From Verrucomicrobiaceae bacterium (GTDB lineage Bacteria; Verrucomicrobiota; Verrucomicrobiia; Verrucomicrobiales; Akkermansiaceae): a DNA stretch of 64,000 nucleotides. The notes under the pieces are model-generated. The model was not told the DNA's origin, did no database searches, and worked only from the letters and a program-made list of their open reading frames with translations. Shown in pieces: positions 9,338 through 19,000 of this stretch; within the stretch, counting starts at the first letter, position 1; the number at the start of each line of letters is the position of its first letter. The translations under genes were made by a program, and so were the position numbers. The stretch lies in the NCBI GenBank assembly GCA_051252135.1, contig JBPOGH010000005.1, forward strand, positions 64,001-128,000, written 5' to 3'.

Positions 9338-9388
9338 TTAGTGTCATATTTACACCTTTATCCTTGAAGGGTGTCATTTTTACACTAT
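9338..9388. promoter_or_regulatory. Two tandem NrtR-type palindromic operators
   Basis: GTGTCATATTTACAC (9341-9355) and GTGTCATTTTTACAC (9371-9385), exactly 30 bp apart. Both are GTGT-N7-ACAC palindromes directly upstream of the NrtR gene; the NrtR core consensus is GT-N7-AC. Confidence 0.85.
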
Positions 9389-9397
9389 AGGTAAGTC

Positions 9398-10087
9398 ATG
9401 AGCTTCACATACGACTACGCCAGACCCGCCCTCACCACCGACTGCGTCGTTTTCGGACTCGATGAAGACGACCTCAAAGTTCTCCTCATCCAACGCGCCA
9501 TCGCACCCTTCAAAAACCAGTGGGCCCTCCCCGGAGGCTTCATCCACGTCGGGGAGGATGTCGACACCTGCGCCCGCCGCGAACTCGAGGAAGAAACCGG
9601 CCTAAAAAACATCTTCCTCGAACAGCTCGCTACCATCGGCACCCCTGATCGCGACCCCCGCGAGCACGTCGTCACGGTTGCCTACTACGCCCTCGTCAAC
9701 CTCATCGAGCACCCACCCATCGCCGCCACCGATGCCAAAAACGCCGCCTGGTTCGCCCTCGATGACCTCCCCGCCCTCGCCTTCGATCACGCCGACATCC
9801 TCAAGCTCGCCCACCAGCGACTCCGCGGAAAAGTCCGCTACCAACCAGTCGGCTTCGAGCTCCTTCCCGAAAAGTTCACCCTCACCCAACTCCAACACCT
9901 CTACGAACTCATCCTCGAACAAACCCTCGATAAACGAAACTTCCGCAAGAAAGTCGCCAAACTCGGCATCCTTCGGGAAACGGATGAAGTCGAGCAAGAC
10001 GTCGCCCGCCGCGCCGCCCGCCTCTACCGCTTTGATCGATCCCGATACGATGACCTCATCCAACAAGGCATCAATTTCGAACTCTAA
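9398..10087 (+). CDS. nrtR: NrtR-family regulator (N-terminal Nudix, C-terminal winged helix)
   Basis: WALPGGF...GE....A.REL.EETG Nudix box, RDPR, LAFDH, then [17 protein letters not shown]...LDKRNFRKK...R.ARLYRF wHTH. Confidence 0.92.
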   Translation: MSFTYDYARPALTTDCVVFGLDEDDLKVLLIQRAIAPFKNQWALPGGFIHVGEDVDTCARRELEEETGLKNIFLEQLATIGTPDRDPREHVVTVAYYALVNLIEHPPIAATDAKNAAWFALDDLPALAFDHADILKLAHQRLRGKVRYQPVGFELLPEKFTLTQLQHLYELILEQTLDKRNFRKKVAKLGILRETDEVEQDVARRAARLYRFDRSRYDDLIQQGINFEL

Positions 10088-10113
10088 CTCCAACTTCTCA
10101 ACAACTTAGAACC

Positions 10114-11280
10114 ATGATCTTTCCAAAAACCATTCAAGACGGCCAAGCAGTCATTCGCTGGAACGCAAACGGAACCCGTGACCTCATCACCGGACCCACC
10201 ACCATCTTCGCCCCCTTCGCGAGAATCGAACCCCTCCACCGCATCAATGCGGCTGAAGGCGAATACCTCGTCATCACCTTCCGCGATGGCCACACCGAAC
10301 ACCAACCCGGCCCCTGCGCCCTCTGGTTTGACCCCCTCCTTCACCAGACCATCAACCCGAAAAAGGCCACCAACCTCGATGCGCACGAGGCCGTCGTCAT
10401 CTACAACGAAGACAACGGCAAAGTCACCCACCGCATCCTCCACGGACCCGCCGTCTACATCCCCACCCCCACCGAAACCCTCCACCAGTTCCAATGGCAT
10501 GGAGATAACGGACAAGGCGTCAAAGTCCCCGGAGCCCTCCGCTTCGAAAAACTCCGCGTCATCCCCGATCAAATGTATTTCGATGTCGCCGGCGTCCGCA
10601 CCGCGGATGAAGCCCTCATCAAAGTAAAACTCATGGTCTTCTTCGAGCTCGCCGATATCGAACGCATGCTCAAGGAAACTCACGACCCCGTCGCGGACTT
10701 CATCAACGCCCTCACCGCCGACGTCATTCGCTTCGCCGGTGGCTGCGATTTTGAAACCTTCAAAACCCGCGCCCCCGAGCTCAACAAACTCGAAACCTAC
10801 CGCGCCCTTGTCGAAGGCGCCGCCCGCATCGGCTACAGCATCCATAAGGTCGTCTACCGCGGCTACACCGCCAGCGCAAAACTCCAGGAAATGCACGACC
10901 ACGCCATCGAAACCCGCACTCGCCTCGTCCTCGAAACCGAGATCGAAGAACAACAACAGGAACTCACCGACCTCAAACAAACCAAGGAGCATGAACGAGC
11001 CGACGAACAACGCCTCGAACAAGAGCGCACCCTCACCCACGGCCTCGACCAAGCCCGCAAAGAACACGAGCAACAACTCGCCTTCACCCAGGAAACCCAG
11101 GCCGCCGAAAAAACCCACCGCGAAGAACTCCTCCGCCTCCAACAAGAGGAATGGAATCACCTCAAAGAACTCGGCACCGACCTCACCGCCGTCCTCGTCG
11201 CCAAAGAACACAACCCCGACAAAACCATCCGCTTGGACACCACCAAAAACACCCCGCTCCACCTACACGAAGCAATCTAA
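10114..11280 (+). CDS. Major-vault-protein-like protein: 3 N-terminal GP-type repeats, SPFH/shoulder domain, long coiled coil
   Basis: Three ~40-aa repeats each containing a ..GP.. motif. VRTADEALIKVKL...DPVADFINALTADV.......FETF is an SPFH segment. An E/Q/K/R-rich helix of about 95 aa follows. Confidence 0.75.
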   Translation: MIFPKTIQDGQAVIRWNANGTRDLITGPTTIFAPFARIEPLHRINAAEGEYLVITFRDGHTEHQPGPCALWFDPLLHQTINPKKATNLDAHEAVVIYNEDNGKVTHRILHGPAVYIPTPTETLHQFQWHGDNGQGVKVPGALRFEKLRVIPDQMYFDVAGVRTADEALIKVKLMVFFELADIERMLKETHDPVADFINALTADVIRFAGGCDFETFKTRAPELNKLETYRALVEGAARIGYSIHKVVYRGYTASAKLQEMHDHAIETRTRLVLETEIEEQQQELTDLKQTKEHERADEQRLEQERTLTHGLDQARKEHEQQLAFTQETQAAEKTHREELLRLQQEEWNHLKELGTDLTAVLVAKEHNPDKTIRLDTTKNTPLHLHEAI

Positions 11281-11300
11281 ACCAAAGAGCGAAAATTACT

Positions 11301-12101
11301 ATGAAATGGAATGAGTTTAAAGAAGCTGTCGCAGACGAACTTCCCACTACTACAAAGTGGTCGTTGAGCAACGGCAACAAGAAGGGACGAATGCTATTTA
11401 GGGGCCAAGAGGATGAATCATGGTCATTGAAAACCACTTTAGAACGAGCAAATGGCCGAGAAAAGGATCTACTCTCATACGCTCGAACTTGCTTGAGTGC
11501 CAAACGATACATGGGCAGTATCCTCTCGAAAGATTTTGGGTTGGAGCAGTCTGAAAAAACAATAGACTGCAAGCCATTCGAAAAATTTCCAAATCTCGAA
11601 CTATCGGTCTACCTCCGCCACCATGGGTTTCCTTCACCACTTTTAGATTGGACCGAATCACCCTTTGTTGCAGCCTATTTTGCCCTCGCTGCGAACCCAA
11701 ACAGTAGTTCTGACGCAGCCATTTTTGGTTATCGTCCATTTGAAGAGGTTACCCTCGGAGAGAGTGGTCGATACTATTCACAGCTAGACAGCGACATTTG
11801 GACGGTTGGTCCCTGGATCGAAACACATGAGCGACACGTAGCCCAGCTGTGTCAATACACATGTTGCATCTCGACCGACGAAGACAATTGCGAATTCAGC
11901 AGCCATCAGGAAATATTTTCGAAGTTCCTACAGGAGGAAACACCTCAAAAGAATCACTTTAAGTGGGTCATCGACTCATCGGAACGGCACACAGCAATTG
12001 CAGACTTATTCAATATGAACATTACTCCATACAGCCTTTTTCGAACCCAAGACGCAGCAGCAAAAACAGCAGCAATGAAACTCTTTGGTGAACATGTCTA
12101 A
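11301..12101 (+). CDS. FRG domain protein
   Basis: LFRGQ....WSL.TTLER and RHHGFPSPLLDWTESPFVAAYFA. Start taken at ATG 11301. Lower GC than the flanks. Confidence 0.9.
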   Translation: MKWNEFKEAVADELPTTTKWSLSNGNKKGRMLFRGQEDESWSLKTTLERANGREKDLLSYARTCLSAKRYMGSILSKDFGLEQSEKTIDCKPFEKFPNLELSVYLRHHGFPSPLLDWTESPFVAAYFALAANPNSSSDAAIFGYRPFEEVTLGESGRYYSQLDSDIWTVGPWIETHERHVAQLCQYTCCISTDEDNCEFSSHQEIFSKFLQEETPQKNHFKWVIDSSERHTAIADLFNMNITPYSLFRTQDAAAKTAAMKLFGEHV

Positions 12102-13173
12102 CAAAATCGAAGGCCTCCTCCTCGGCATCGCCGTCGCCGACTCCATCGGTCTCCCCACCGAAGGAATGTCTCCCGCAAAGATCAAAAACCTCGGCTGGGC
12201 CAAAAACCTAAAACACCGCTTCCTCTTCGGTCGCGGCATGTGGAGCGATGACACCGAGCAAACCATCATGCTCACCCAAGCCCTTCTTTCTTCAAAAGGT
12301 GACCTCAACAAATTCACCCGCTCCTTCGCCTGGGAACTCCGCTGGTGGATTCTCGGTATGCCCGCTGCCACAGGCATGGCTACTGCCCGGGCCATCATCA
12401 AACTCTGGCTCGGCATTCCTCCTCATAAATCCGGAGTCTTCTCAGCCGGCAATGGTTCCGCTATGAGAACCGCCCCCATCGCCGCGATGTTCCCCAATGA
12501 TACCGATAAGCGCCGCACCTTCACCGAAGCCCAAACCCGCATCACCCACTCCGACCCAAAAGCCTCCATTGGAGCAATTGCGATCACGGAACTCACCGCT
12601 CTTCTCTTAAATTGCGACACTCTCCCGCAGACGCACGAAGTCATCGATCTACTCCGCTCAATTTCAGACGATGCAGAATGGAACTCTATCGTCCAAGCCA
12701 TTCACGACGTTTCGCAAAACAATCAGGATATCCCAGCCCTTCTAAATCGAATCGGAAGACGCCCCGAAAAAGGAATCAGTGGTTACGTCTACCAGACTGT
12801 TCCCTGTGTAATTCTCTCTGGGCTCAAGAACGAATGGGATTTTAGAGCGACAGTCAAAGAAATCATCGCCGAAGGAGGAGACACCGATACGACCGCCGCT
12901 ATCGCCGGAGCACTTTGCGGTGCTTACGGCGGAACCGCCAGCATTCCCCCCGCATGGATCGGCCCACTCAACGAGTGGCCCACGACTCGAAACGATCTTT
13001 CTATCTTAGCGCGAGCGCTCTCGAGTCACTCGCCGGTGCGAATTCGTAGAAGATGGTCCCCTTTCCTCCTCCTGCGGAATGTCATATTCCTTGCGACGGT
13101 CCTGATTCACGCTCTTGCGCGATTTCTGCCATTCTATCTACTTAAGTCAAAGGACCATCCATCTCACGAGTAA
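12094..13173 (+). CDS. ADP-ribosylglycohydrolase (DraG/ARH family)
   Basis: GLLLG.AVADSIG.P.E, WSDDTEQT, GNGSAMRTAPI, ITH, GGDTDTTAAIAGALCGA. The start overlaps the FRG stop. Confidence 0.93.
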   Translation: MSNKIEGLLLGIAVADSIGLPTEGMSPAKIKNLGWAKNLKHRFLFGRGMWSDDTEQTIMLTQALLSSKGDLNKFTRSFAWELRWWILGMPAATGMATARAIIKLWLGIPPHKSGVFSAGNGSAMRTAPIAAMFPNDTDKRRTFTEAQTRITHSDPKASIGAIAITELTALLLNCDTLPQTHEVIDLLRSISDDAEWNSIVQAIHDVSQNNQDIPALLNRIGRRPEKGISGYVYQTVPCVILSGLKNEWDFRATVKEIIAEGGDTDTTAAIAGALCGAYGGTASIPPAWIGPLNEWPTTRNDLSILARALSSHSPVRIRRRWSPFLLLRNVIFLATVLIHALARFLPFYLLKSKDHPSHE

Positions 13174-13561
13174 GCAGCTCGACCTGCAATTCGGACACCT
13201 TCGCCATTTCCAAAAAGTCCCTGTCGAAGGTCACAATCGTCGCACTTCTCTCGATCCCGATCGCGCCAATCGCGAGATCAATCGCCCCCGGGGTGACGCC
13301 GCCATCCCGGCACTGCTGTCCTAAACGGGTTGCTGTTTCCCACAATGAGGAAGGCTGGGAGAGGTAAGGCATCGTTGCAAACTGCGCTTCGATTTTGCTA
13401 CGGTCATCCTTCCGTGCCTCTCGGAGAACTTCGAAGGCGATGGGACCACAAAGGCAGGCATCTCGATGGAGGACCTCTCGTCTGACCTGCTCTTTGACCG
13501 AGCGGGGAGTTTTCGAGCGAAAGAGATCGATCCAGAGCGAGCTATCAATCAATCTTGCCAC
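13142..13561 (-). CDS. vapC: PIN-domain toxin (VapC)
   Basis: LIDSSLWID, IAFEVL, AIDLAIGA, IVTFDRDF acidic PIN motifs. Confidence 0.9.
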   Translation of the reverse strand: MARLIDSSLWIDLFRSKTPRSVKEQVRREVLHRDACLCGPIAFEVLREARKDDRSKIEAQFATMPYLSQPSSLWETATRLGQQCRDGGVTPGAIDLAIGAIGIERSATIVTFDRDFLEMAKVSELQVELLTREMDGPLT

Positions 13562-13791
13562 AATCCACGTAAGATAGAGGTCCCCTGACGTTCGTTGGCA
13601 CGAGAGTTCTCGAAGTCTTCAAGCTCTGCGCTCCATTCACCAGAAACGAATTGATCGCTGATCTTCCTTCGTTTCTCCATCATGATCGCGTCAGTGACGA
13701 CCTTGCGGACCGCAGGACCTTTCTTCGTCTCACCCGTCAAAGCGCACAGCTCGGAAATCTCCGCAGGATCAAGTTCTACCGTCACTTTCAT
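13549..13791 (-). CDS. vapB: VapB-type antitoxin
   Basis: 80 aa; MKVTVELD...I.EL..LTG..KK..AV; overlaps and precedes the PIN gene. Confidence 0.8.
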   Translation of the reverse strand: MKVTVELDPAEISELCALTGETKKGPAVRKVVTDAIMMEKRRKISDQFVSGEWSAELEDFENSRANERQGTSILRGLWQD

Positions 13792-13921
13792 TGCCCAGAC
13801 CCTATCCTAATCCTAAAAAATATCAATTTTTTCCTACTTTTCCGACAGAAACTACGACTCTTCATCTTCATCCAATAATTCTGTTCATTCGCCTCAAAAT
13901 TATCCACCACCCCTCATCGCC

Positions 13922-14944
13922 ATGCTCAATCTCCTCTACCCCGCCGCACGCAGCATTCTCTTCCGAATCGACGCAGAAAAGGCCCACCACCTCTCCATGG
14001 CCGGACTCCGCTTCGCGGAAAAAACCTCTCTCCTCTCCGCCCTCACCTCGGAACCCGAATCCAAGCCCGTCACCCTCGCCGGAATCACCTTCCCCAACCC
14101 CGTGGGACTCGCCGCCGGACTCGATAAGGAAGCCAACACCATCGACGCCCTCGGCCGCCTCGGCTTCGGCCATGTCGAGGTCGGCACCCTCACCCCCAAA
14201 CCCCAGGACGGAAACGACGCCCCCCGCCTCTTCCGCCTCCCCGAGCACCAGGCCCTCATCAACCGCATGGGCTTCAACAATCCCGGCATCGACCAGGGCC
14301 TCGCCAACGCCCGATCCTCCGAATCCTTCAAAGGCATCGTCGGCATCAACATCGGAAAAAACAAAGCCACCCCCAACGAGCAGGCCAATGACGACTACGC
14401 CATCGCCTTCGAAAAAGCCTACCCCTGGGCCGACTACATCACCGCCAACTTCTCCTCCCCCAACACCCCCGGCCTCCGCGAACTCCAATCCGAGGACGCC
14501 GCCGGACGCCTGTTAGAGGTCCTCAAAAACCTCCAGACAAAACTCCACCGCGAAACCGGACGCTACGTCCCCTTCGCCCTCAAAGTCGCTCCCGATCTCG
14601 ACGAAACCGAAATCGCCACCCTCTCCCGCGTCTTCAAAAACGGCGGCCTCGACATCCTCATCGCCACCAACACCACCCTCGCCCGCGACGCCGTCAAAGA
14701 CCACCCCAACGCCAACGAAGCAGGCGGCCTCTCCGGTGCCCCCCTCACCCATCACGCCACCGAGGTCATCGCCCAATTCCACTCCCACCTCGGAAACGAC
14801 CTCCCCATCATCGGCGCCGGCGGCATCTTCTCCGCCCAAGACGCCCTCGCCAAGCGCGACGCCGGAGCCCAACTCGTCCAACTCTACACCGGCTTCGTCT
14901 ACCGCGGCCCCGCCCTCATCCAGGAAATCATCCGCGCCTGGTAA
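13922..14944 (+). CDS. pyrD: Quinone-dependent dihydroorotate dehydrogenase
   Basis: NPVGLAAGLDK, INRMGFNN, INIGKNK, SSPNTPGLR, TNTT, GGLSG. Confidence 0.97.
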   Translation: MLNLLYPAARSILFRIDAEKAHHLSMAGLRFAEKTSLLSALTSEPESKPVTLAGITFPNPVGLAAGLDKEANTIDALGRLGFGHVEVGTLTPKPQDGNDAPRLFRLPEHQALINRMGFNNPGIDQGLANARSSESFKGIVGINIGKNKATPNEQANDDYAIAFEKAYPWADYITANFSSPNTPGLRELQSEDAAGRLLEVLKNLQTKLHRETGRYVPFALKVAPDLDETEIATLSRVFKNGGLDILIATNTTLARDAVKDHPNANEAGGLSGAPLTHHATEVIAQFHSHLGNDLPIIGAGGIFSAQDALAKRDAGAQLVQLYTGFVYRGPALIQEIIRAW

Positions 14945-15019
14945 AAAATATGGAGAGTGGATAAAATGCCCTTGGCTACATTCCTGTCCGCCTTCATCAA
15001 GCAGGCCCCACAACCCGGC

Positions 15020-15054
15020 AATTCTTAATTCCTAATTGCAAATTCTTAATCTCT
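15020..15054 (+). repeat. Five tandem AT-rich heptamers (AATTCTT AATTCCT AATTGCA AATTCTT AATCTCT)
   Basis: Read directly; ends 3 nt before the argB ATG. Confidence 0.75.
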
Positions 15055-15057
15055 CTC

Positions 15058-15933
15058 ATGAACGCCACCGAAAAAGCCCGCGTCCTCACCGAAGCCCTCC
15101 CCTACCTCCAGCGCTTCCGTGGAAAAACCTTTCTCATCAAAATGGGCGGCTCCGCCATGGACAATCCCGACCTCGTCCGCGAAGTCATGCGCGATATCGT
15201 CTTCCTCGAGGTCGCCGGCATCAAGCCTGTCATCGTCCACGGAGGCGGTAAGGCCATCTCCGCCGCCATGGAAAAGGCCGGCCTCGAAGCCAAATTCATC
15301 GGCGGCTTCCGCGTCACCACCCCCGAAGCCATCGAGATCGTCGAAGCCACCCTCCACGGCGAGATCAACCAAGGCCTCGTCCAAACCCTCACCGACTTCA
15401 ACGCCAAAGCCACCTCCGTCCACGGAACCTCCGTCTTCTCCGCCGACCAACTCATGGGCACCGATGACAACGGACAACCCGCCGATATCGGCCGCGTCGG
15501 ACAAGCCACTTCCTGCCACATCGAGGACATCCTCTACGCCCTCAGCACCGGTGGCGTCCCCGTCGTCTCCCCCCTCGGACGGCAAAATGGCACCGGCCAC
15601 ACCCTCAATATCAACGCCGATCTCGCCGCCGCCGCCCTCGCCTGTGCCCTCAAACCCGCCAAGCTCGTCTACCTCTCCGATGTCCCCGGCCTCATGCAGG
15701 ACCCCTCGGATCCAGACACCCTCATCCACTCCGTCACCCGCACCGAAGCCAACGATCTCATGGCCGATGGCACCATCTCCGGCGGCATGATCCCCAAGGT
15801 CACTTCCGCCCTCGATGCCCTCTCCGCCGGGGTCGAAAAGGTCCACTTTATCGACGGCCGCGTCCCCCACACCCTCCTCCTCGAAATCTTTACCCAGTCG
15901 GGAATCGGCACCGAAATCCGCGAAACCCGATAG
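15058..15933 (+). CDS. argB: Acetylglutamate kinase
   Basis: EALPYLQRFRGKT..IKMGG, VHGGG, NINAD, GGMIPKV, LLEIFT..GIGT. Confidence 0.97.
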   Translation: MNATEKARVLTEALPYLQRFRGKTFLIKMGGSAMDNPDLVREVMRDIVFLEVAGIKPVIVHGGGKAISAAMEKAGLEAKFIGGFRVTTPEAIEIVEATLHGEINQGLVQTLTDFNAKATSVHGTSVFSADQLMGTDDNGQPADIGRVGQATSCHIEDILYALSTGGVPVVSPLGRQNGTGHTLNINADLAAAALACALKPAKLVYLSDVPGLMQDPSDPDTLIHSVTRTEANDLMADGTISGGMIPKVTSALDALSAGVEKVHFIDGRVPHTLLLEIFTQSGIGTEIRETR

Positions 15934-16031
15934 CTCCGCACCGGCTTGTAGCCTAAACAAGCGACACCATTCCCGAAATGGCCCTTTGCACGTGTGTATT
16001 GACCATGTAGGTTGTTTGAAACACACGTTTC

Positions 16032-19000
16032 ATGCTTCGGACCTTTCTACTTTCCTCCTTCATCCTTGGGACCACCCACGGACAAATCGTCATCAACGAG
16101 TTCTCAGCCTCCACCGCAGAGCGCAATCTCCGCTGGGATGCCAACGACCAACCTTTCGCCGGCTCCGGCCCCGCCTGGTGGGCTCCCACCTTTGATGACA
16201 CCGATTGGATCGATGGCAGCGCCCCCATCGGCTACTCCCTCGGCTCCCTCTCCACCAACCTTTTCTCCACTCTACGAAACGTTTCCCCTTCCTTCTACAC
16301 CCGCACCACCTTTGACGTCTCCGCCGGAGAAGCATCCTCATCCAGCCCCCTCCGCCTCAACATCAATTACAACGACGGATTCATCGCCTGGATCAACGGC
16401 ATCGAGGTCGCCCGCTCCAACATGGGCGCTCCCAAAAGCCACATCTACCACGACCAGCTTTCCTACGTCGAAAGCACCCTCTCCACCAACACCCAGACCT
16501 TCAATCTCCCCATCGCCTCCAGCCTCCTCGTCGAGGGAGACAATGTCATCGCCATCCAGATCAACAACAACACCATCGATGGCAACATGCGCCTCGATCT
16601 GGAACTCGAGATCAACAACCCCTCCGGAAACGACCCCCATCTCGTCAACTTCGGCTCCCCCCTCAAATACCGGCCCGGCCTCACCGAGCCCAGCTCGGAC
16701 CTCGTCGAACCCGCCGCTCTCGCCGAAGGCCCCTCCGACTGGATCGAACTCCACAACCCCACCGCCTCCCCCGTCAACCTCACCGGCTGGACCCTTTCCG
16801 ACGCTCCCAATCTGATCTCAAAATGGACCTTCCCATCCGGAACCACCATCGGAGCCGGAGGATACCTCGTCATCCTCGCTGACGATCCGGACGCCCCCAT
16901 TCCCGGAGCCACCTACCTCCATTCCAATTTCAAACTGGGAAGCACCGGGGACGATATCGGCCTCTACGACGCCAGCGGCACCACCATTGATGAACTCGCT
17001 TCCGAGTACCCCAATCAATACCCTAACTACTCCTACGGCCGCGACCCCTCCGGCCAGTTCGCCTTCCACGCCACCCCCAGCCCCGGCAAACCAAACACCG
17101 GCCTCACCTTCTCCGGTAAGGCGGATGCCCCGGACTTCGATAACAAGGGCGGCTTCTATGACAACCCCGTCTCCGTCACCCTCACCTCCCAAACTCCCGA
17201 CGTCCTCATCCGCTACACCACCGACGGCACCGTCCCCACCATGACCAATGGTCTCACTTACTTCTCTCCCCTTTCCCTCGCCCAAGTCACCAACCGTAAA
17301 GGCCACGTCATCCGCGCCCGCTCCTTTAAGGACGGCTTCATCGCCTCAAACATCAAGACCAACACCTACCTCATCGGCCAGGACGCCCGCCTCCGCACCA
17401 GCCCCTCCCTCATCTACGCCGGCGACCCCCAACGCTCCCTCTACGATCCCTTCGGCGTCATGGCCATCGGCGGCGGAACCTACTCAAACAACCAATGGCA
17501 GTCCTCCCAGCCGACGGATTACAACAACGTCATCAACCGCGGCCAGGCCTACGAGCGCCCCATCCACGCCGAGTTCTACTTCGCCGATGGCACCGTCGGC
17601 TTCCGCAGTGATGTCGGCCTCCGCGTCGCCGCCAGCTCCTACTCCCGCCCAAGGATGACCCTCAACCAGACCGCCTCTTCCCCCTGGCCGGACAACCCCA
17701 CCGAAAAACCGTCCTTCAACCTCTACTTCCGCGACGACTACGGAAACCCCTCCGTCAACCTCCCCCTCAACGGCCCTGCCCGCACCTTCAGCAAGTACGA
17801 ACGTTTTCGGATACGCGCCGGAAAAAACGACATCAGAAACCCCTTCGTCATCGATGAACTGATCCGCCGCCTCAGCCATGACATGGGAAATGGCGCCAGC
17901 CTCGGCGTCATCAACAGCCTCTACGTCAATGGCGACCTCAAGGGCTTCTACAACATGGTCGAGCGCCTCCGCGAACCCTTCTTCCAGTCACTCCACAGCA
18001 CCGACCCCAACGCCCAATGGGACGTCCTCCAATTCGAGGGCGAGGATAACGTCGCCGAAGGAGACTATGTCGCCTGGGACGACATGATCAGCCGCCTCAA
18101 CGCCTCCACCACCACCGCCAACTGGGAACGGGTCCTCGAGGTCGCCGATGTCGCCAACATGGCCGACTACTACCTCCTCAACATCTACGGAGCCACCTGG
18201 GACTGGCCTCACAACAACTGGGTCGCAGCCAAAGAGCGCTCCCCTGAAGGCCGCTACCGCCTCTACGTCTGGGATGCCGAAGGAGCCATGGGCCTCTACA
18301 ACAACCGCCTCGCCTCCCAGGAAATGATCAACACCTACATCCTCGGCACCTCCAATGGACTGGGTGGACAAAACGGCACCGAGGGCGAACTCCGTGACCT
18401 CTGGCGCGGACTCAACCGCTGGGAGGAATTCCGCATCCTCTTCGCCGACCGGATCCACAAGCACATGTTCAATGACGGAATCCTTGATGACCGCGATGGT
18501 GACAACTCCCAGGTCAAAGCCCGCTTTGACGGCCTCGTCGATGAATTCTCGGACCTCCTCAGCATCATGAACGGACAATCCGTTCAGACTTCGAGAGTCA
18601 CCGCTTGGCTCAATCCCAACAACGGCCGCCGCACCTATCTCCTCGGACCTAATCGGGAAGAGTTCCGCGATAACGATCTCTGGCCCGAAACAGCCCCTCC
18701 CGTCTTTAGCAAATTTGGCGGCAGCGTCCCCCAGGGAGGCTCCCTCGTCATCACCAATGAAGCCGGAGACTACTTCTACACCACCGACGGCTCCGACCCC
18801 CGCCTCCCCGGCGGCACCGCAAACCCCAACGCCACCCAACAGGCCGGCTCCCTCATCGACGTCAACCTTCTCCCTCTTGGCAGCGTCTGGAAGCACAACG
18901 CTGTCGACGGCGACCTCGGCACCTCCTGGAAAAATGCCGCCTACGACGACTCACTTTGGCTCTCCGGTCCCGCCCCCCTCGGCTACGGAAACGTTCGCGA

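Noticed and set aside
11151..11300. 50-aa N-terminal extension of the FRG ORF in the supplied track
   Set aside because: It overlaps the MVP-like gene in another frame. ATG 11301 after the upstream stop is the plausible start.
9300..13900. Island as a transposon, prophage or integron cassette
   Set aside because: No integrase, transposase, terminal repeats, att sites or tRNA target could be identified.
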